Below are positions 46,301-60,100 of a DNA stretch of 64,000 bases, one piece after another. A program made the position numbers and the translations under genes. Source of the stretch: Phallusia mammillata. Its lineage: Eukaryota. Numbering within the stretch: the stretch's first letter is position 1; the number at the start of each line of letters is the position of its first letter. The notes below the pieces were generated by a model. The model saw nothing but the letters and a program-made list of their open reading frames with translations. It searched no databases and was not told the origin of the DNA. Where the stretch lies: NCBI GenBank assembly GCA_965637545.1, contig OZ281498.1, positions 13,578,001 through 13,642,000 of the forward strand, in the 5' to 3' direction.

Positions 46301-49300
46301 ACTTTTTAATGTGACCAAACTGTTGTACCATTTCTTACTGACATACACAATTTTTAGCGAAATGGGGCACACATTGAAGCTGTCGTACATGTGATGGAGA
46401 AAAATGAAGACAACCTTTATCCAGAATTTGAAGATGCTAACATGGCTGAAAGTGAGGATGAAAGATTGGATATGTTGATTGATTCAAAAAACAACAAGTA
46501 TATTTTAACCAGGTACAATGATACACACAGCGATGTATGAAACATCTGTTTCTCATGTGAAAAAGTGTAGTTTTAATGTCTGATGCTGCTTTGAATCCAT
46601 TATTTTTAACCACTGAAAACCTTGTCATATGTTTATAATTATGGGTCCCCTTCCCTGAAGGGGACACATATTGATTTTACTCGAATTGTTTTTCTTTTTT
46701 TTTCTTCCTATTTTTTTTCTTCCCAAAGTTTGTCCGACTCGTTTTTCCATCAAATGTTTGATGGATTTGGCTGAAATTTACACAGATGGTAGATATAGTT
46801 ATGTAGATGTGCATCCCACTTTGTTTTTGTTGATAACCACAGTATTTACCCCGCTAGCCCCCTAAAATGGGTATTTTTCCCCAAAAGTTTGTCCGACTCG
46901 TTTTTCCATCAAATGTTTGATGGATTTAGCTGAAATTTACACAGATGGTAGATATATTCATGTAGATGTGCATCCCACTTTGTTTTTGTTGATAACCCCA
47001 GTATTTACCCCGCTCGCCCCCTAAAATGGGTGTGTTTACCCAAAGTTTGTCCGACTCGTTTTTCCATTAAATGTTTGATGGATTTAGCTGAAATGTACAC
47101 AGATGGTAGATATATTCATGTAAATGTGCATCCCACTTTGTTTTTGTTAATAACCCCAGTATTTACCCCGCTAGCCCCCTAAAATGGGTGAGTTTTCAAA
47201 CAGTGTCAGAATTGGCTGAAATTTGGATTTCTTGTATAGTATGCCATTTATAGGTGTCGATTGTTGTGTTCAACCCTGTAGTCCTAACATTTACCCCACA
47301 AGCCCCTAAAGTGTAAAACGTATTTGTATGTTACTGGGCACCACAAACGAAAGATTTCTTTGGAGCAATAGTGTTACAAGGGCAACCAGTTGTATGTTGC
47401 TCGTTGGTGGGTTGCTTGGTGGTCGTTTTTGCGCCATGGCAGTTAGTGGCTTGTTGACAGCCCTATGACGTCAGAAACAATAACGGTTGTTGCTCAAAAC
47501 ACCTCTAGTGGTCGAAATTTTAAACATTGGCGGATTGGGCTGAAATTTTGCAGTACTATTGATTGAGTCATTGTGGTTTTTATATATTTTTTTGTTTGTG
47601 TGTCGAACCCAATTAGTTGCCCTACTAGCCCCCTAAAATGGGTCAGTTTTTTGAAACATTAAATAGGACATACTTCAAACAATATCTGGGGTGAATCTAA
47701 TTTTATACTTTGTATTCTACATAGTATTATTATTTGAGCCCAGTGCCGATCACTGTGTTTTACCTTACAACACCCGACTTTCTCATGGTTATCTCTTGAA
47801 TTGCATTATTTTCAACTTTGCATGTGTGGGGACCCATGAGTTTTTGCCTGCAGAAACGACTAAAGTTATAAAAGAGCATGGCTAATATGGGACCCAATAC
47901 AAAATAAGCATAGGAAATATATTTATGTTTTAAAATAGGTTATAGTGTATATGCAAGGGCAATATGTGCTAAGCCACCCTTCTAGTTGCCTTTCTCAGTT
48001 TTGGACACTTTTTTATTCTGTGATATTTAAGCAGAAGAATGTCAAGCTGTGCAACTACGCTGTACACAGAAGTCCATTTTGCAGTGCCATTAAACCACAT
48101 TCCTTTTAAGAGATTTACCTCCTTATGCAAATGGGTTTTGTCCTACCTACTACATGACATCCGTAACCTGTTTACAGACAGAAAGATGCCACATCACCGT
48201 TTATCGACCACGTTCTAGTCGTCGAAATTATCTTACTGCTGCTTTTGTCAGTTCCTTTGGGCTTCATGTGTCAACTTATCGGCGTTCCTTCCCTATTCGG
48301 ATACATTCTCACCGGAGTTATATTGGGACCATCGGGACTGAATGTCATTCAAGAAATGGTTTGTAATTTACTGCTTTCAATTACGTTCCGATGGGCGTTG
48401 TCACCTGTTAAATAAACATTCCTCTCTTTATTTTATGGTCTGCTGATGCACTAACCAATATACAAAAAAATGTTGTAACGATTAATAACTGTTACTCAAC
48501 CTTGATAAAAACGGAGATACTTACCTATTTTTAAGTATAATTTGAAAAAGACGACGCGTATTATTCGCCGAAAGATGCAAAATCTTTCGCATGACGAAAA
48601 CATCGCCCTGGGATTCCAGTCTTTTTGAAATTTAGGTTTTGTTAAAATCCCTAAATCGTCTCTCTGTGTGACAGATGAAGTATAGTAAGCTAAATGATTT
48701 TTTACTACATGACTTAAGTACTAATAATTAATCGACGCAAAACTTCATCTCACCTTGCTGTTGTAAATATACGCAGTTATTATGAAACACAATTTTTCAT
48801 GTTTTTTCTGTAGATTCAAATTGAAACTATAGGGGAGTTGGGAGTTTTCATGATTATGTTTTGCGCTGGAATGGAATTTTCATATGAGCGTGTAGCAAAA
48901 GTATGGAAAGTTGCCGTCCAAGTTCCGCTGCTCACAACCTTGTTTATGATACTTGCAGGTACGAAATATATTTAACTTCACAAGGTGAAAACAGATCGTT
49001 GAGTTATAAAGTGTTTAAGCAACGTGGTTTTATTTCGGAAATGAGTTCAACATAAAATTAGTCCTAAAGCCATAAAACATTTTAAACAAACGTGTCGCCT
49101 AGGCCAAAGATACTTATATTGTAAGAATGAATACCATTGCAAGAAATACCAAACCTGAAAACATTGTGGAAGTTTCTCGCAAAAGACATAATTAAAGTTA
49201 GCATTTCTTAGCTCTATTGTTGACTTTATAGTATTGGTTTGAAACCGTTTCATCAAAAAACCTGTGTGACAAGCTAAATACGAGTTTAAAGTGCGAGATT

Positions 49301-52300
49301 GAAATGTCTCACAACCTCTTAATTTAACACGTTGTTTTTGACAGGAATCGTGATAGGATCGGTTATCATGCAAAACACTCCGATGAGAGAAAGCGCGTTT
49401 GTATCTGCCTGCCTTTCTCTCTCCAGTACCCCACTTGTAACAAGATTTCTGCAGAGTAAGCAAATCTTATCGTACCTGACTAAACTAAAGTGCTTTATAT
49501 TGCTGTTTGCTTATACTTTTTGCCTTGGACGATACTGGATAATGCAAGTCATAAACATGTTTTAAATAACTATGTTGTAGTTAAAATGTTTGTGGATATG
49601 CTGTAATTATATTTTTGTACGTATTTAACACAGCTAGATTCCAGACACTTGCCAATTTGGAGAGTCGAAGCTAGACTTCATAATGCTCTTTGTCATTTTG
49701 TAAAACGTCTTGTATTTTTTGCAACGCTGCTTTAAAGTTAAAAAATATTTGCAGGCAGCAGTAAGGACACTTTTGGCAACGAATATTCGGCTCTACTTCT
49801 CGGAATGTTGGTTGTACAAGACGTACAGTTGGGTTTTATTATCGCTATCCTTCCGGGTTTTGCTTCAACAAAGCAACTGGGCAGGTAAAAAATTTCTTAT
49901 TATGCCTCCATCTATCTCCATGACCAAAACTTTTTCCAAAACGATAAATATTCAGTTTTGTGATGTGACTAGCAAAGGATGAACATGTTGCATTTTCAAA
50001 GTCGCCTTGATTCTAATTGACAATGTAATCACAAAAAACATTTCATTGGTATTTGGTATGAAGTTACCGTTGCTTGGTTGTGTTTCGCGTTGCTTGTTTT
50101 GTGTCCCATAACATTTATTTTTTGCGTGTTCAACTGTTTTGACTGAATAGGATAATATTTTTGCAGCTTTGGTGACGTGTTTCTTCATGTTTCCTTTATC
50201 GTCGTCAAAACACTCTGCTCACTAGGTGTCGTTGTAGTTGCGATGTTCGTCATCATCAGATACGTTATGCCTCACTACTCACGCCTTATTGTTCAGCAGA
50301 CGCGCGAACTTCAACTACTTGGAGCAGTAAGTCGTTTGGATAAAGTGTTGAACAGTAATATATGTTGGGGAAACTAAACTAACTACAGATTGTGGGAAAC
50401 TGTAAAAGTGAGCGGTCGTTCAGTTAAAAACATGCTGTGATAAAAAAAATGTTTTCAAACTTTTTTGGCGGTTTATCATACATCCTAAGCAGAACATGCA
50501 AATTACAGCCTGCTTTCAAAATGTGATTAATCTTAACATAATATGGGGCGATTAAGTCATCAGCAAACAGCAAACTGCTGGCACGAAATATTGTGATCAC
50601 ATAACTTTACTTTATGTTTCAGCTCTTTGTCATGTACCTTAGTCAAATAACAACCAGCTTTATTGGTATTTCGATGGAACTGGGTTGTTTTGTTGCTGGA
50701 ACCATAATTGCTCACTCGTCCCACCTAGCGGTAAGTATTCTTCATTTTCGCAAAGTAGTATGTTCAGTGGTTTTGAAGTGGCCACGAAGATGCCTCAAAC
50801 CCTCAAATATTCAATGGCTTGCAATGTCGTAATCCAAGTAGTGTGTCACTTACCCTATTACTGTACCACTACGTTTGCGTTTTACACCTAACATATTAGT
50901 CAACTTGTCGGAAGCTAAAACACAATGTCACGATTTGATCCTTCATTATATTCTGGTACATGTTCATATCGACAGCTAAATCGTTGGCCCATTTCATGAG
51001 TCTCGACCAATTGTTCCTTGTTCCTTGTTTTGTGAACAATCCCACAATCATCTGCGTGGCATCTCTATTGTGACTCAACATGACTCGATTGAGTTTATGA
51101 TAAACTGTCAGTTTCTTATTTACTTGCAGCAAATTGATCTGTGATAGTAACTGAAAGGCCTTAAGCTCATCGGGTGGAGGTCGCAGTACGCCTGTTTACA
51201 TAAACTTTTGCCCTTGTAGACATGTTTGATTTTGTTTACTTTGCCAAATTGATTCGTCGCAACTGTTAAGAAAACAAACACATCGGAGCAAATATGTTTA
51301 TGTTGTTTTGACATCCAAAAATTTTTTTTTGCTCTGATTGCATTTTGTCCCTAACGTGTGTTTGAAATGCAAAGTTTAATATGTGTTACAACTATGACGA
51401 TATTTTCATCATTATTCGAGTTAAAGTAACTTGAGCAGTTAGTTAAGAAACTAGTTAAGTAAGGTAGACCTAAATTCCATAATGCCAATCATATCACCAA
51501 TGATGGCATGAGCATTTGCCGAATCGTTTGAACAATAAAGCGTGTCGCTTTTTATGTCTATTTGGGCCGTTATTTTCATTATTAAATTTATGAACAGATT
51601 ATAGTTTTTCAATAGAACTAAATAACCATTTTTAGACCTTTGTGTATGTAACCATATTGTAATTATTACCTTGCACAGGTGATCGAGCAAAAAGTCTTGG
51701 CAGTTCACGATCTTCTCAGCGTCATATTCTTCGCCACCATCGGCTTCCACGTCTTTCCAACCTTCGTGTTTCTCGAGTTGACTCTGCTCCTCTCTCTCAC
51801 TCTTATCATCGTGGCAGGTATTTTCTCCCCTCCTGTTAGATTCCTGTGCGGCCAGCTCCAGTTTCGTCGTTCTTCGGTGTTCCCTTTATCATCCCGTTCC
51901 GTACCACCGCCAACCTTTTCTTGGCGAGCAGTTGTCAGCGTTGACCTTTATTTTACACGCACACGCAAGTTATGAACTTTGCCTCAGCTATTTTGGGCTT
52001 AGATAACGTTAGGCTTTAGAACACCACATATCCATAATCGGGCGTATTATACTCGTTACCTAAGTAACATATTTAATCGATGTTATGTATTTTACAGCAC
52101 TTTAAAAGGACAAGGTAGTTTAACAATTTATCGAACCTTTAAAAGCAATATAATCAGGTATTCCCTTTGAAACCTAATTACGGCCGAAATGTGAACACAA
52201 CCCGTGGTATATTGTATAATGGCGCTACCCTGACTACATGGTCGCCATTAGTTGCAACTTAGTGAGCCGGTGCATTTGTTTTAGTTTGTAACGTATTGGA

Positions 52301-53739
52301 TAACATACTTGATCTGCGCAACGACTAGATGGATCCAGCTTTTATATGTCGGATATAAAGCATTGCCAAATGAATGCAAACAAACTTCCGGTAAAAATCG
52401 TGGGTAGTTTAAAAAACAAAATAACTTGGCATAGGTTGCACCAGAAACTCAAACAGCCGTCTTTTGCAGGGAAGTATTTCATCTGCTTGTTGGTTCTTCG
52501 TTTTGTCCTGCCGGTTCAAAACCGTAAGTTGAAGTGGATTGTGTCATCGGGACTCGCGCAAGTCTCCGAATTCTCGTTTGTTCTCGGAAGTCGAGCTCGT
52601 CACCTGAAAATTATCTCCAGAGAGGTTTGTTGTAGACAAGAAAAATATATTCTGGTTTCGGCAACTAATCCCAGATTACGGGCGACTTCAGTGGCAGGGA
52701 TCCACGAATTTTCCTCTTGTTTTATTGTACAAACAGTTCGATGATTCATACGCTTAAACCAGGGTAACGAGGCGTACAGAAACCTGAAGGCCTTTTACTG
52801 TTTTAGCATACTAGTAGTGTTTTTTTGTTAACATTTTTGTGTTTTCCAGTAAGGGACATAAATTATACATTTTCCAATGTATAAATAATATTTTATTGCT
52901 CACCACCTACTAATGCTTGTACATCAATTACCACCTACTAAGCTCATCCTACTTGTTGTATAAACACCCTATACGAGTAACACAAAAAATGCAAATTTAT
53001 CAACCTTTTTCTGTCACCAAAAGTGTTGTCAAAACTTATGGAATACTGATTCCAATGTGGGTTTTGTATTCTTTTGAGTAAACTATTTATCCACAATACG
53101 CTTTACGCAACATAGTTTTACTGCGGGATTTCCAATTTCGTTGTCAGCATGTATAGTGTATTTATGTTTACTGTCTCCAAGCGTGAAAGATCCGCTCAAA
53201 TTTGGTGCATTCCAAAACCACCGATTCTCTTTTGTAGCTCAACACTTTCTTTTCGCCTTATTAGATCGTGTTGTTGCTAGGGCGGCTGTTTATGCCTTCT
53301 TTGGGCGTTCCTGTCGACTGCCTGATCTCCCAAAAATGTGTACACTGTAAACAATATACTAAGCTTTCAGTCGCCGTATATGTATGAATTAGTGAAGTCG
53401 TTGTACTAATATTATCAGTCGTGTGTGTGCCCAGAATTGTTAGCGTTAACACTTTAAGGCTTTGAAAACTGATGACATCATCCATGTCACACCGTCTATG
53501 GTTAAACATTGGCGGTTAAAAACATTTATTACATTGACATTGAAAGCTTTTTTGCTTTAATATATGCAAAGAAAACACATTAGTGCTTATTTACTACTTC
53601 AAAGGTTTGTTTTGTTCATATCCAGGTTTTTCTGCTTATCCTCAGTGTGACCACCTTGAGCTTGTTGTTGGCTCCCGTCATTTGGAAGTTGTCCCTCTGG
53701 AGCTACAGAGCTCATCACGCTTCGATGCACATCAGATGA
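43342..53739 (+). CDS. TMCO3: TMCO3: signal peptide, coiled coil and CPA2-type cation/H+ antiporter domain; 16 exons, 681 aa
   Basis: Exons 43342-43446, 44924-44999, 45368-45450, 45511-45625, 45714-45831, 45918-46068, 46358-46512, 48178-48358, 48814-48958, 49345-49455, 49755-49884, 50167-50326, 50623-50730, 51679-51817, 52470-52624, 53626-53739. Phases are consistent (2046 nt). TMCO3 motifs: [126 protein letters not shown]. Exon 2 is the least certain. Confidence 0.95.
43597..44308. mobile_element. hAT MITE, family D, in TMCO3 intron 1
   Basis: TIRs cagtggttcttaacc / ggttaagaaccgctg; perfect TSD gtgtaaac (43589-43596, 44309-44316); subterminal ggggggcg runs. Confidence 0.92.
46636..47870 (+). 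mobile_element. Non-autonomous Helentron-like (HINE/DINE-type) element in TMCO3 intron 7
   Basis: Subterminal inverted repeat atgggtcccc (46641-46650) / ggggacccat (47828-47837). The 5' copy pairs with a nearby partial repeat ggggacac (46660-46667). The 3' copy is followed by the hairpin gtttttgc-ct-gcagaaac (47840-47857). Internal tandem array; no TSD seen. Confidence 0.55.
46722..47189 (+). repeat. Tandem repeat, ~158-159 bp unit x3, plus two decayed units extending to ~47643
   Basis: The anchor gtttgtccgactcgtttttccat recurs at 46728, 46887 and 47045. Each unit ends ccccctaaaatgggt. Decayed units retain ggctgaaattt and cccctaaa. Confidence 0.93.
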
Positions 53740-55232
53740 CTGGCGCGCGAGCCAAAGATTGCTTAGCGGGTTTTACTGGTACTAATTTTCTATTTATTTC
53801 TAATACGCTCATCACAAGCATATACGCTGAGATGAGCATATATGGCTACGGACTGCACTGAAAAATATACTAAGGTATGTTTGTTGAAGTCTGCTTTCAA
53901 ATCGACATCACTTTTTGGATAAATTTCATGCAAACTTGCCGAAAACAAGCTTATGCTACACAGCAAAAATAATGTTTACAACTCCGTTTTACTATGTAGC
54001 CATTTCAGCAGTAATATTTATGTTTATGTGCACAAAACAGCAGTGTTTTTATGCCTAGTTTTTTTCTGATCAACAATCCCCATGTAATGCAGTTTAAATG
54101 TCTAGGGTTTGTCCGCTTTGGAAACTTTACACTACTTAACATGTAGAAAATGCAGTTCAAGTCTTTTTTATGTAGCATGTTTTATCGTTTTCACAGAGTC
54201 TATACTTTGTCAAACTGTGACATATTTCGTCGTCATTGCGTGCCGTGAGGTTTCGCTTCATTACTTTAGTTCGTGCTCCGTCAACATTCTGTAGCACTCA
54301 ATTAATCCCCTGTACAACTCTGAAAATATTTGTTTTTGCACTTCATAGCTGTTTGTCCCCGGGCACGTAGGAAACTTAACAAACTGTATTGCTAGCACTT
54401 TATCTGCCACAGACACCTAATTCACACTTGTTATACTCGCACTATTTAACACAAATTCCTTATTGTTGCTGCTGATAGTATTGCATTGTAAACATTTTTT
54501 GTTGAATTTATAAAGTATTGTCGTTAAATATCAGTTTTTACTAGCAAATTATTTTAACTTTTTGTTTTGTAATGCCACAAACTCAATAACCTAGAAAATT
54601 GGTCAATTGAGTATCGCACTTTTGCTTTGCTGATTTTTACGTTTAAAAAAGTTCCAAACTGATCCGTTTAAACTGAGTAACAATCTATACATACCACTAT
54701 ACCAACTGTCTGATTCGGTGCTTTTGGAAATTTTGTTAATGATTATTTTAAATTTACTGTGAATTTACATTATTATTTGTAATTTCGTACTAAGCTTAGG
54801 TGTACACTGTCGTCGTACGGGAACTGTACAAGATCTGTAACAGTTTTGCAATTGTTTCTGTTTTCCGCAGTTTTTTGTGTAAACCGTCACTTTATCTTTT
54901 AAACTCAGTATTTTATATCAGATATTTAATAAAAAATAAACGTGTTTTCGAGTGATTTTTCGGGACACTGTTTGGACCTTCAGGCAGTTTCGGTACAACT
55001 TTAATTGACCAATCTTTACTTAACTATATTCTGGCTTTTTTGCACATATTTGCCCTAAGGGCAAGATGTCTGGATTTTTGAAAGTGCAGTTTACACTGTG
55101 GTAAACACTATTTTTAAGTAGACCTGTAGGTAGATAAACAGACCTATGTCCGTAAACAGTTGGTGTTATGTTAAATAACTCAGTCAAAATTTTTCTGATA
55201 ATATTTTTCTTTCCAGTCAACTCTCTCTAGAA

Positions 55233-55328
55233 CAGGGGTGCGAGAACTGTTCCTAGGGGGTGCGGGGATGCTGAATCACATATAAATACAAAAAGAGGTG
55301 CAGCAAGGAAAAAGGTTAAGAACCACTG
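55233..55328. mobile_element. Miniature 96-bp hAT MITE
   Basis: Ends caggggtgcgagaac / ggttaagaaccactg; perfect TSD ctctagaa (55225-55232, 55329-55336). Confidence 0.8.
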
Positions 55329-56367
55329 CTCTAGAATCTTTGGTAGTTACGATTTTGCTGATTCAACCAACATTTTCCCCTGGACTTTCCTGTTAAAAGG
55401 AAAACAAATTTAGTAAAACAGCTTTAGTAGAGTTTATTATTTTGAACATTTCATTACAATGTGAAAAATGTGTTTACCTAAAACAAATCCCTAAACCTCC
55501 GCTATTTAGTATAAAATATACTTGGAAGTTGCAGAACGGGATGCAGATGTTTCTCTGGCGCCACCAGCTGAGATGTAAAAGTTTGGCGAACCTTGGCCAT
55601 GAACCGTGACAAGTCGTTCCACTTGAGCACGCAACAACAGATGGAGCTGACTGGGTTTACTTAGCGCGTGCCGCGCAGGACGAGACGGCTGGCTGTGATC
55701 TGGTCATAACCATGTCTCTCAGACGGCCAACTGCTGTACTTATACAGTAGCTAAAATTCAGTGGTCAACTGGTTAAAGTTTAGGTGTGTTTTGTGGTGCA
55801 TAGGTCAGTACTAGAGAGAGGCTTTGGAATTAATCATGCAGTTCATATTGTTTGACTTACTTTACGTTCATTGTTGGCAAAGAGGTTTACATCTTGCAAG
55901 GTGCACACTGCACATATCGCACGTGCTATGTTTACTTTGGATGTCTACTAGTAGAAACTACTTAAAAAAGAACCTTTAAAGTTACAGTATATTAAAAAAA
56001 TACCTAATGGCTTCACATCATAAAGTGAAGTTTAATATTGTTTGTCTAATGCTTCAAAAACTAAAATTTCATTTAATATTTCTATCAGAAGTTATTTGCA
56101 TTCCAATTTTGTTTGCAAGTTGATTTCTAGATGTACTTTTTGAATCATTTATTGGCTCTATATGCTTTTACTTTTTGAATGTTTTTAAACTTGCTTTCGT
56201 GTATTGACACTGCCAGGCTTCTCATGTTACCTAAGTATTGTTCAAGCTTTACCTGAAATTCGATACCCTAGTGACAGGCCCTTGGAATAAGAAAGCTGTT
56301 GGCCGAAATAATTACATGATTTAGAAAAAAAAGTATAATCTATCAATCAATACACTTTATTGGATTG

Positions 56368-56398
56368 GTTTGTTTGTTTGTTTGTTTGTTGTTGTTTT
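56368..56398. repeat. (GTTT)n microsatellite
   Basis: gtttgtttgtttgtttgtttgttgttgtttt read directly from the sequence. Confidence 0.8.
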
Positions 56399-57107
56399 CA
56401 GGAAATTGACTTTCAACTGTAAAATCACTTTTCCTACTCACAAGTATTAAAGTCTATGAACTGTTACCAACCCCTTTTGTCATGTTTGTTTTATGTTTAT
56501 TTTAAATGGTTTGTAATGTGAAGTTTTTATAAGTGGTTGTTCAAAACTCAAAGTTTCAATTCGGAAGCTAATTTTCTTTTTTGTTTGCAATGAAGAATAA
56601 ATATTTAATAAGGTTAGGCCTAGTAATATTGGCTCAATATCTTCTCTATGGAACTCATTACCTGTGGGACTGCAGAAAATTGGCATTTTTCATGTTTAAA
56701 CAAACACAATCAATAAATAGTCATTTTTTCAAAAAAGTGTTTATCCTAGGAACATGTGCCATGTGATGTTTACTAAAAGAAGTTCAAAGCAACTTGAATA
56801 AATGTGTCTGTGGATTAGGCAATGTTTTAAACCGATTTATGATTAGTGCCTGGTACTATTTTGCTCTTACGGGATAGATTTTGATATGAGGTTTGCGTAG
56901 TTATGACGAGTGAAGAAATTTCCCTTTTTCTGTTAAATTTGCGCTAAAACGGGTTCAGGCGATTTTTGCCGAATTCTCGAAACGGATGCATAAGCTGCCT
57001 CGTTTATCTGTCGATGTGTATCAAGTCGCTTTCAAGCTGCACATATATTGTTATAGCTTGCGCAGCGATCGTGTATTGTGCAGTTTGCCGTAACGCCACA
57101 CGCGGAC

Positions 57108-60100
57108 ATGGAGACTTCTGCACCATTTCAAGAGTATCTAATCGACTCCAGCGCTTTGCAACACTACGGTAAGCTAAGTGTGCTAGGCTGTACTTGACAA
57201 CTGTCTCTTTCGTTTTGGAAAGGTATGTTTATTCTTTATGTGAGAGTTGTAACGGCTGTTTTTTCGCCAAAACATCGACGAAACAACAGGGCTGAGAATA
57301 AGTATCAGTGCATGGTGATTAGTTTGTTTATTTGTTAAACAACTAGCACCCCAAAACTGTTTTTTCAATGTTACTTCTTATACAAGCAACTTGCGAAATA
57401 AAGGAGAACAGGTGGTCTTTGTTTTGTTTGAACCTTTACGATTATTTTTAAGTAAAATCAGCCAACGTTTTTCTTTTTTACTTAAACTGCACCAATGTCC
57501 GCCATTTTGTTGTTTGCAAATTTAAAAATATTAAGTCTAAATTCAGCAATTTGATAAGAAATTAAAATTTACTGGTAGTATCATGTCATGTAATATACAC
57601 AAAACTAAAACCGACGCGCCTCTGTGTTTTATTTGCGGAAATCGTTCATTTTTAGAGCGGATGAATTTAGCATGTGACGGAAACGACGATGCGTTCAGCC
57701 CCTCGTTAAAACAATTTAATGTTTTTATTGCAAGAAACTTGTTTTGTGGAATTTCATTTGACGAACTGTGTTTTAACACTACATTATGATACAGTTCTGC
57801 TTAAAAATTACGTGTGTATGGTGTAATGTATACGTTTGAAGATATGAGATGAAGATCAGGACAAGTGTGTTATGAATCACTTGTGTTTTTTTTGCAATAC
57901 TTATAGTGACATCCTAACACCCATGTTTATCACTTGCCAAACCCTACCATGGTTTCAGCAAAAGCATGCAGAAATTCTTTTGTGCGCTGGTAAAAACGAA
58001 ATCATTATAACCAAGTATATATTATTTAACATTTTTAAATATTCTTTGGTTGTCGATTTTAATAGGTTTCGGTTCGGTGGCTCTGTTCGCGACCTTACGC
58101 AACTGCTATGCCTTCCCAGTTCGTTCTGTACATAACAGACTTTATTGCAAAGCGCGCAAATGGGGGCAAGAAATGTAGAAACCCCAAATAAGATTGACAT
58201 AAATAAATATATGAAGTAAATTTTCGGATAATAGTTGGCAAATTATCTCCTAGCAACGGTATTTTCTTTTCATTTCGTGTGCCAGTAATGCGGTTTGCCC
58301 GTGCGTGAAGCGCGTTGATTAGCAGCTCAAAGCGATTCATATCGTCTACCTTTAGAACAAACTTCTTTACGATTGACTGCCTTTAAATCAGCTTACGAAA
58401 TTTGTGCACGAGCACAAGCCACAAACCGGACAAAAACCTGCGTGGATTAGCCACGAATTGAGAAGGTGATTTCGAAAAACAGTGTCAGGCAACTTGCGGA
58501 TACCTGCCAGGCTTTATATGGTACGGAGTCGGATGTTTAAGGCTGGACTCATTGCGGCGTGTTGACTGTTGCAACGAGAATTCGTTTTTTTTTTTTCTGA
58601 CTAACACCATTAATAGAGTAGAATCTTTGCCAGTGTAGGTTGTTCGTATTTTCTACAAGTTATTAAACCTGACGTTCAGATTACCGCACATGCAAAGTAA
58701 AGTCGAGAATAGCATATCGTGTTAATGTGTGGCTCGAGATCGATGTTCGCAATTAAGCATAAAAAATTAGTAAGGTGAAACAGTAAATATAAAATGATTT
58801 GCGACGTGTCACCAGTAAAAGTGAGCAAACAGTATCTAGTACATCGTAATATTTGTACAGTACAGACTGTTCACATTTGTCGTCCCGTACAGTTAAAGCT
58901 TTTTCTGGTCACAGCTACAATAGACAGTCAAAATATAATGTGGAGGTTTTTGGGTGTTGCTGAAAATGTTTGTATTGTCGTTTTTAAGACTTTCGTGTAC
59001 CTTGATTCGATGGGAACACTGTTATAATACACAGAAAATACTACTTTGTTTTTTTATATTGGGAGCAAAAAAGGTGTAAAGGTTCAAACGTTTATTAAAT
59101 AGATTGTTGCCTGGTGACACCTGACCAAAGGCGGCAACCACACGAGCTGTTGTTGTTATTGGCAACGGAAATTCTGAGGTGTCTACTTTTTCAGTGGTGT
59201 ATCTCTTATTAATGCTTGAAAGTTCTTGCCAATATCTTATGTGAATTAATGCTATTGTGTAATATTAAGTGTACTAAATACGAAATTTAAAACAGAGATA
59301 ACGAGCAAGATTACGAGGTCAAAAGCAACTATGTTCGAATCCAGACAGTACAAAACACATTCGCCGAGCTGCTACATATAGCGCAGCGTGGTAGTTTGTT
59401 GTCACCTGCATATCATGGTCAACTGATACGAGACAGACCCTTTAACTGGAGAAAGTGCATCTCATTCTCGTAGTCACGTGAGAAGCGCGAAGAGGCACGT
59501 TTCTATAGCGCTTGAAATTTCGTAGACGCTTGACATCATCGGCCCGCTCTTAGCTTTTTAGCGTCGCCCCCTTTTTCCCGGTTGACCGCAGAGTCACGTC
59601 TGTCCTGTCATTCTTCTGATACGCGGAACCGCTTGATGCCGCTTGCCTGCCTTGGTTCCTGGGACCTTTCAGGCCATGTAAAATTGCGCGAACTTGTCCC
59701 TCCACCGATTTGGGCCACGTTCAACATGGCGCGAATTTGCGTTTGCTTTTGTCCTATTCCATTCTACAGCAAGCTTTTGTCGCAGACGCGAGGTTAAGTA
59801 AAGCCCTGAACAAACAGTGATGTCATTATAGCATGTACTTCGTAACCGTCAAGTGGCCGTGATTTGCCAGTTGATCAACACGGTTTGTCGAACTGGCTAG
59901 GCCGCCGTGTCACAATACCAATTCTTAGGGAGAAAAATCGCAATTGTTGTACTTTATGGGTTTTTTGTGCTCTAGCCCCCTTAAAATTTATATTAGTTTG
60001 TGTGTGTATTCAGTAGGCAGAAAGGACAGTATACGTTTGTTTGTTTTTTTGTCACGCCACGTTTAAAGTGCGACAAATTGTCAACAGTTGCTGAAACAAA

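Noticed and set aside
46722-47189. CRISPR-like array
   Set aside because: Whole units are repeated with no unique spacers, and the context is eukaryotic.
43342-53739. Functional link between TMCO3 (cation/H+ antiporter) and the guanylin-like cluster
   Set aside because: An appealing ion-transport theme, but they are 19 kb apart with an unrelated gene between and there is no evidence of co-regulation.
55059-55075. Partial resemblance to miR-31 (ggcaagatg)
   Set aside because: Only about 9 nt match and there is no precursor hairpin.
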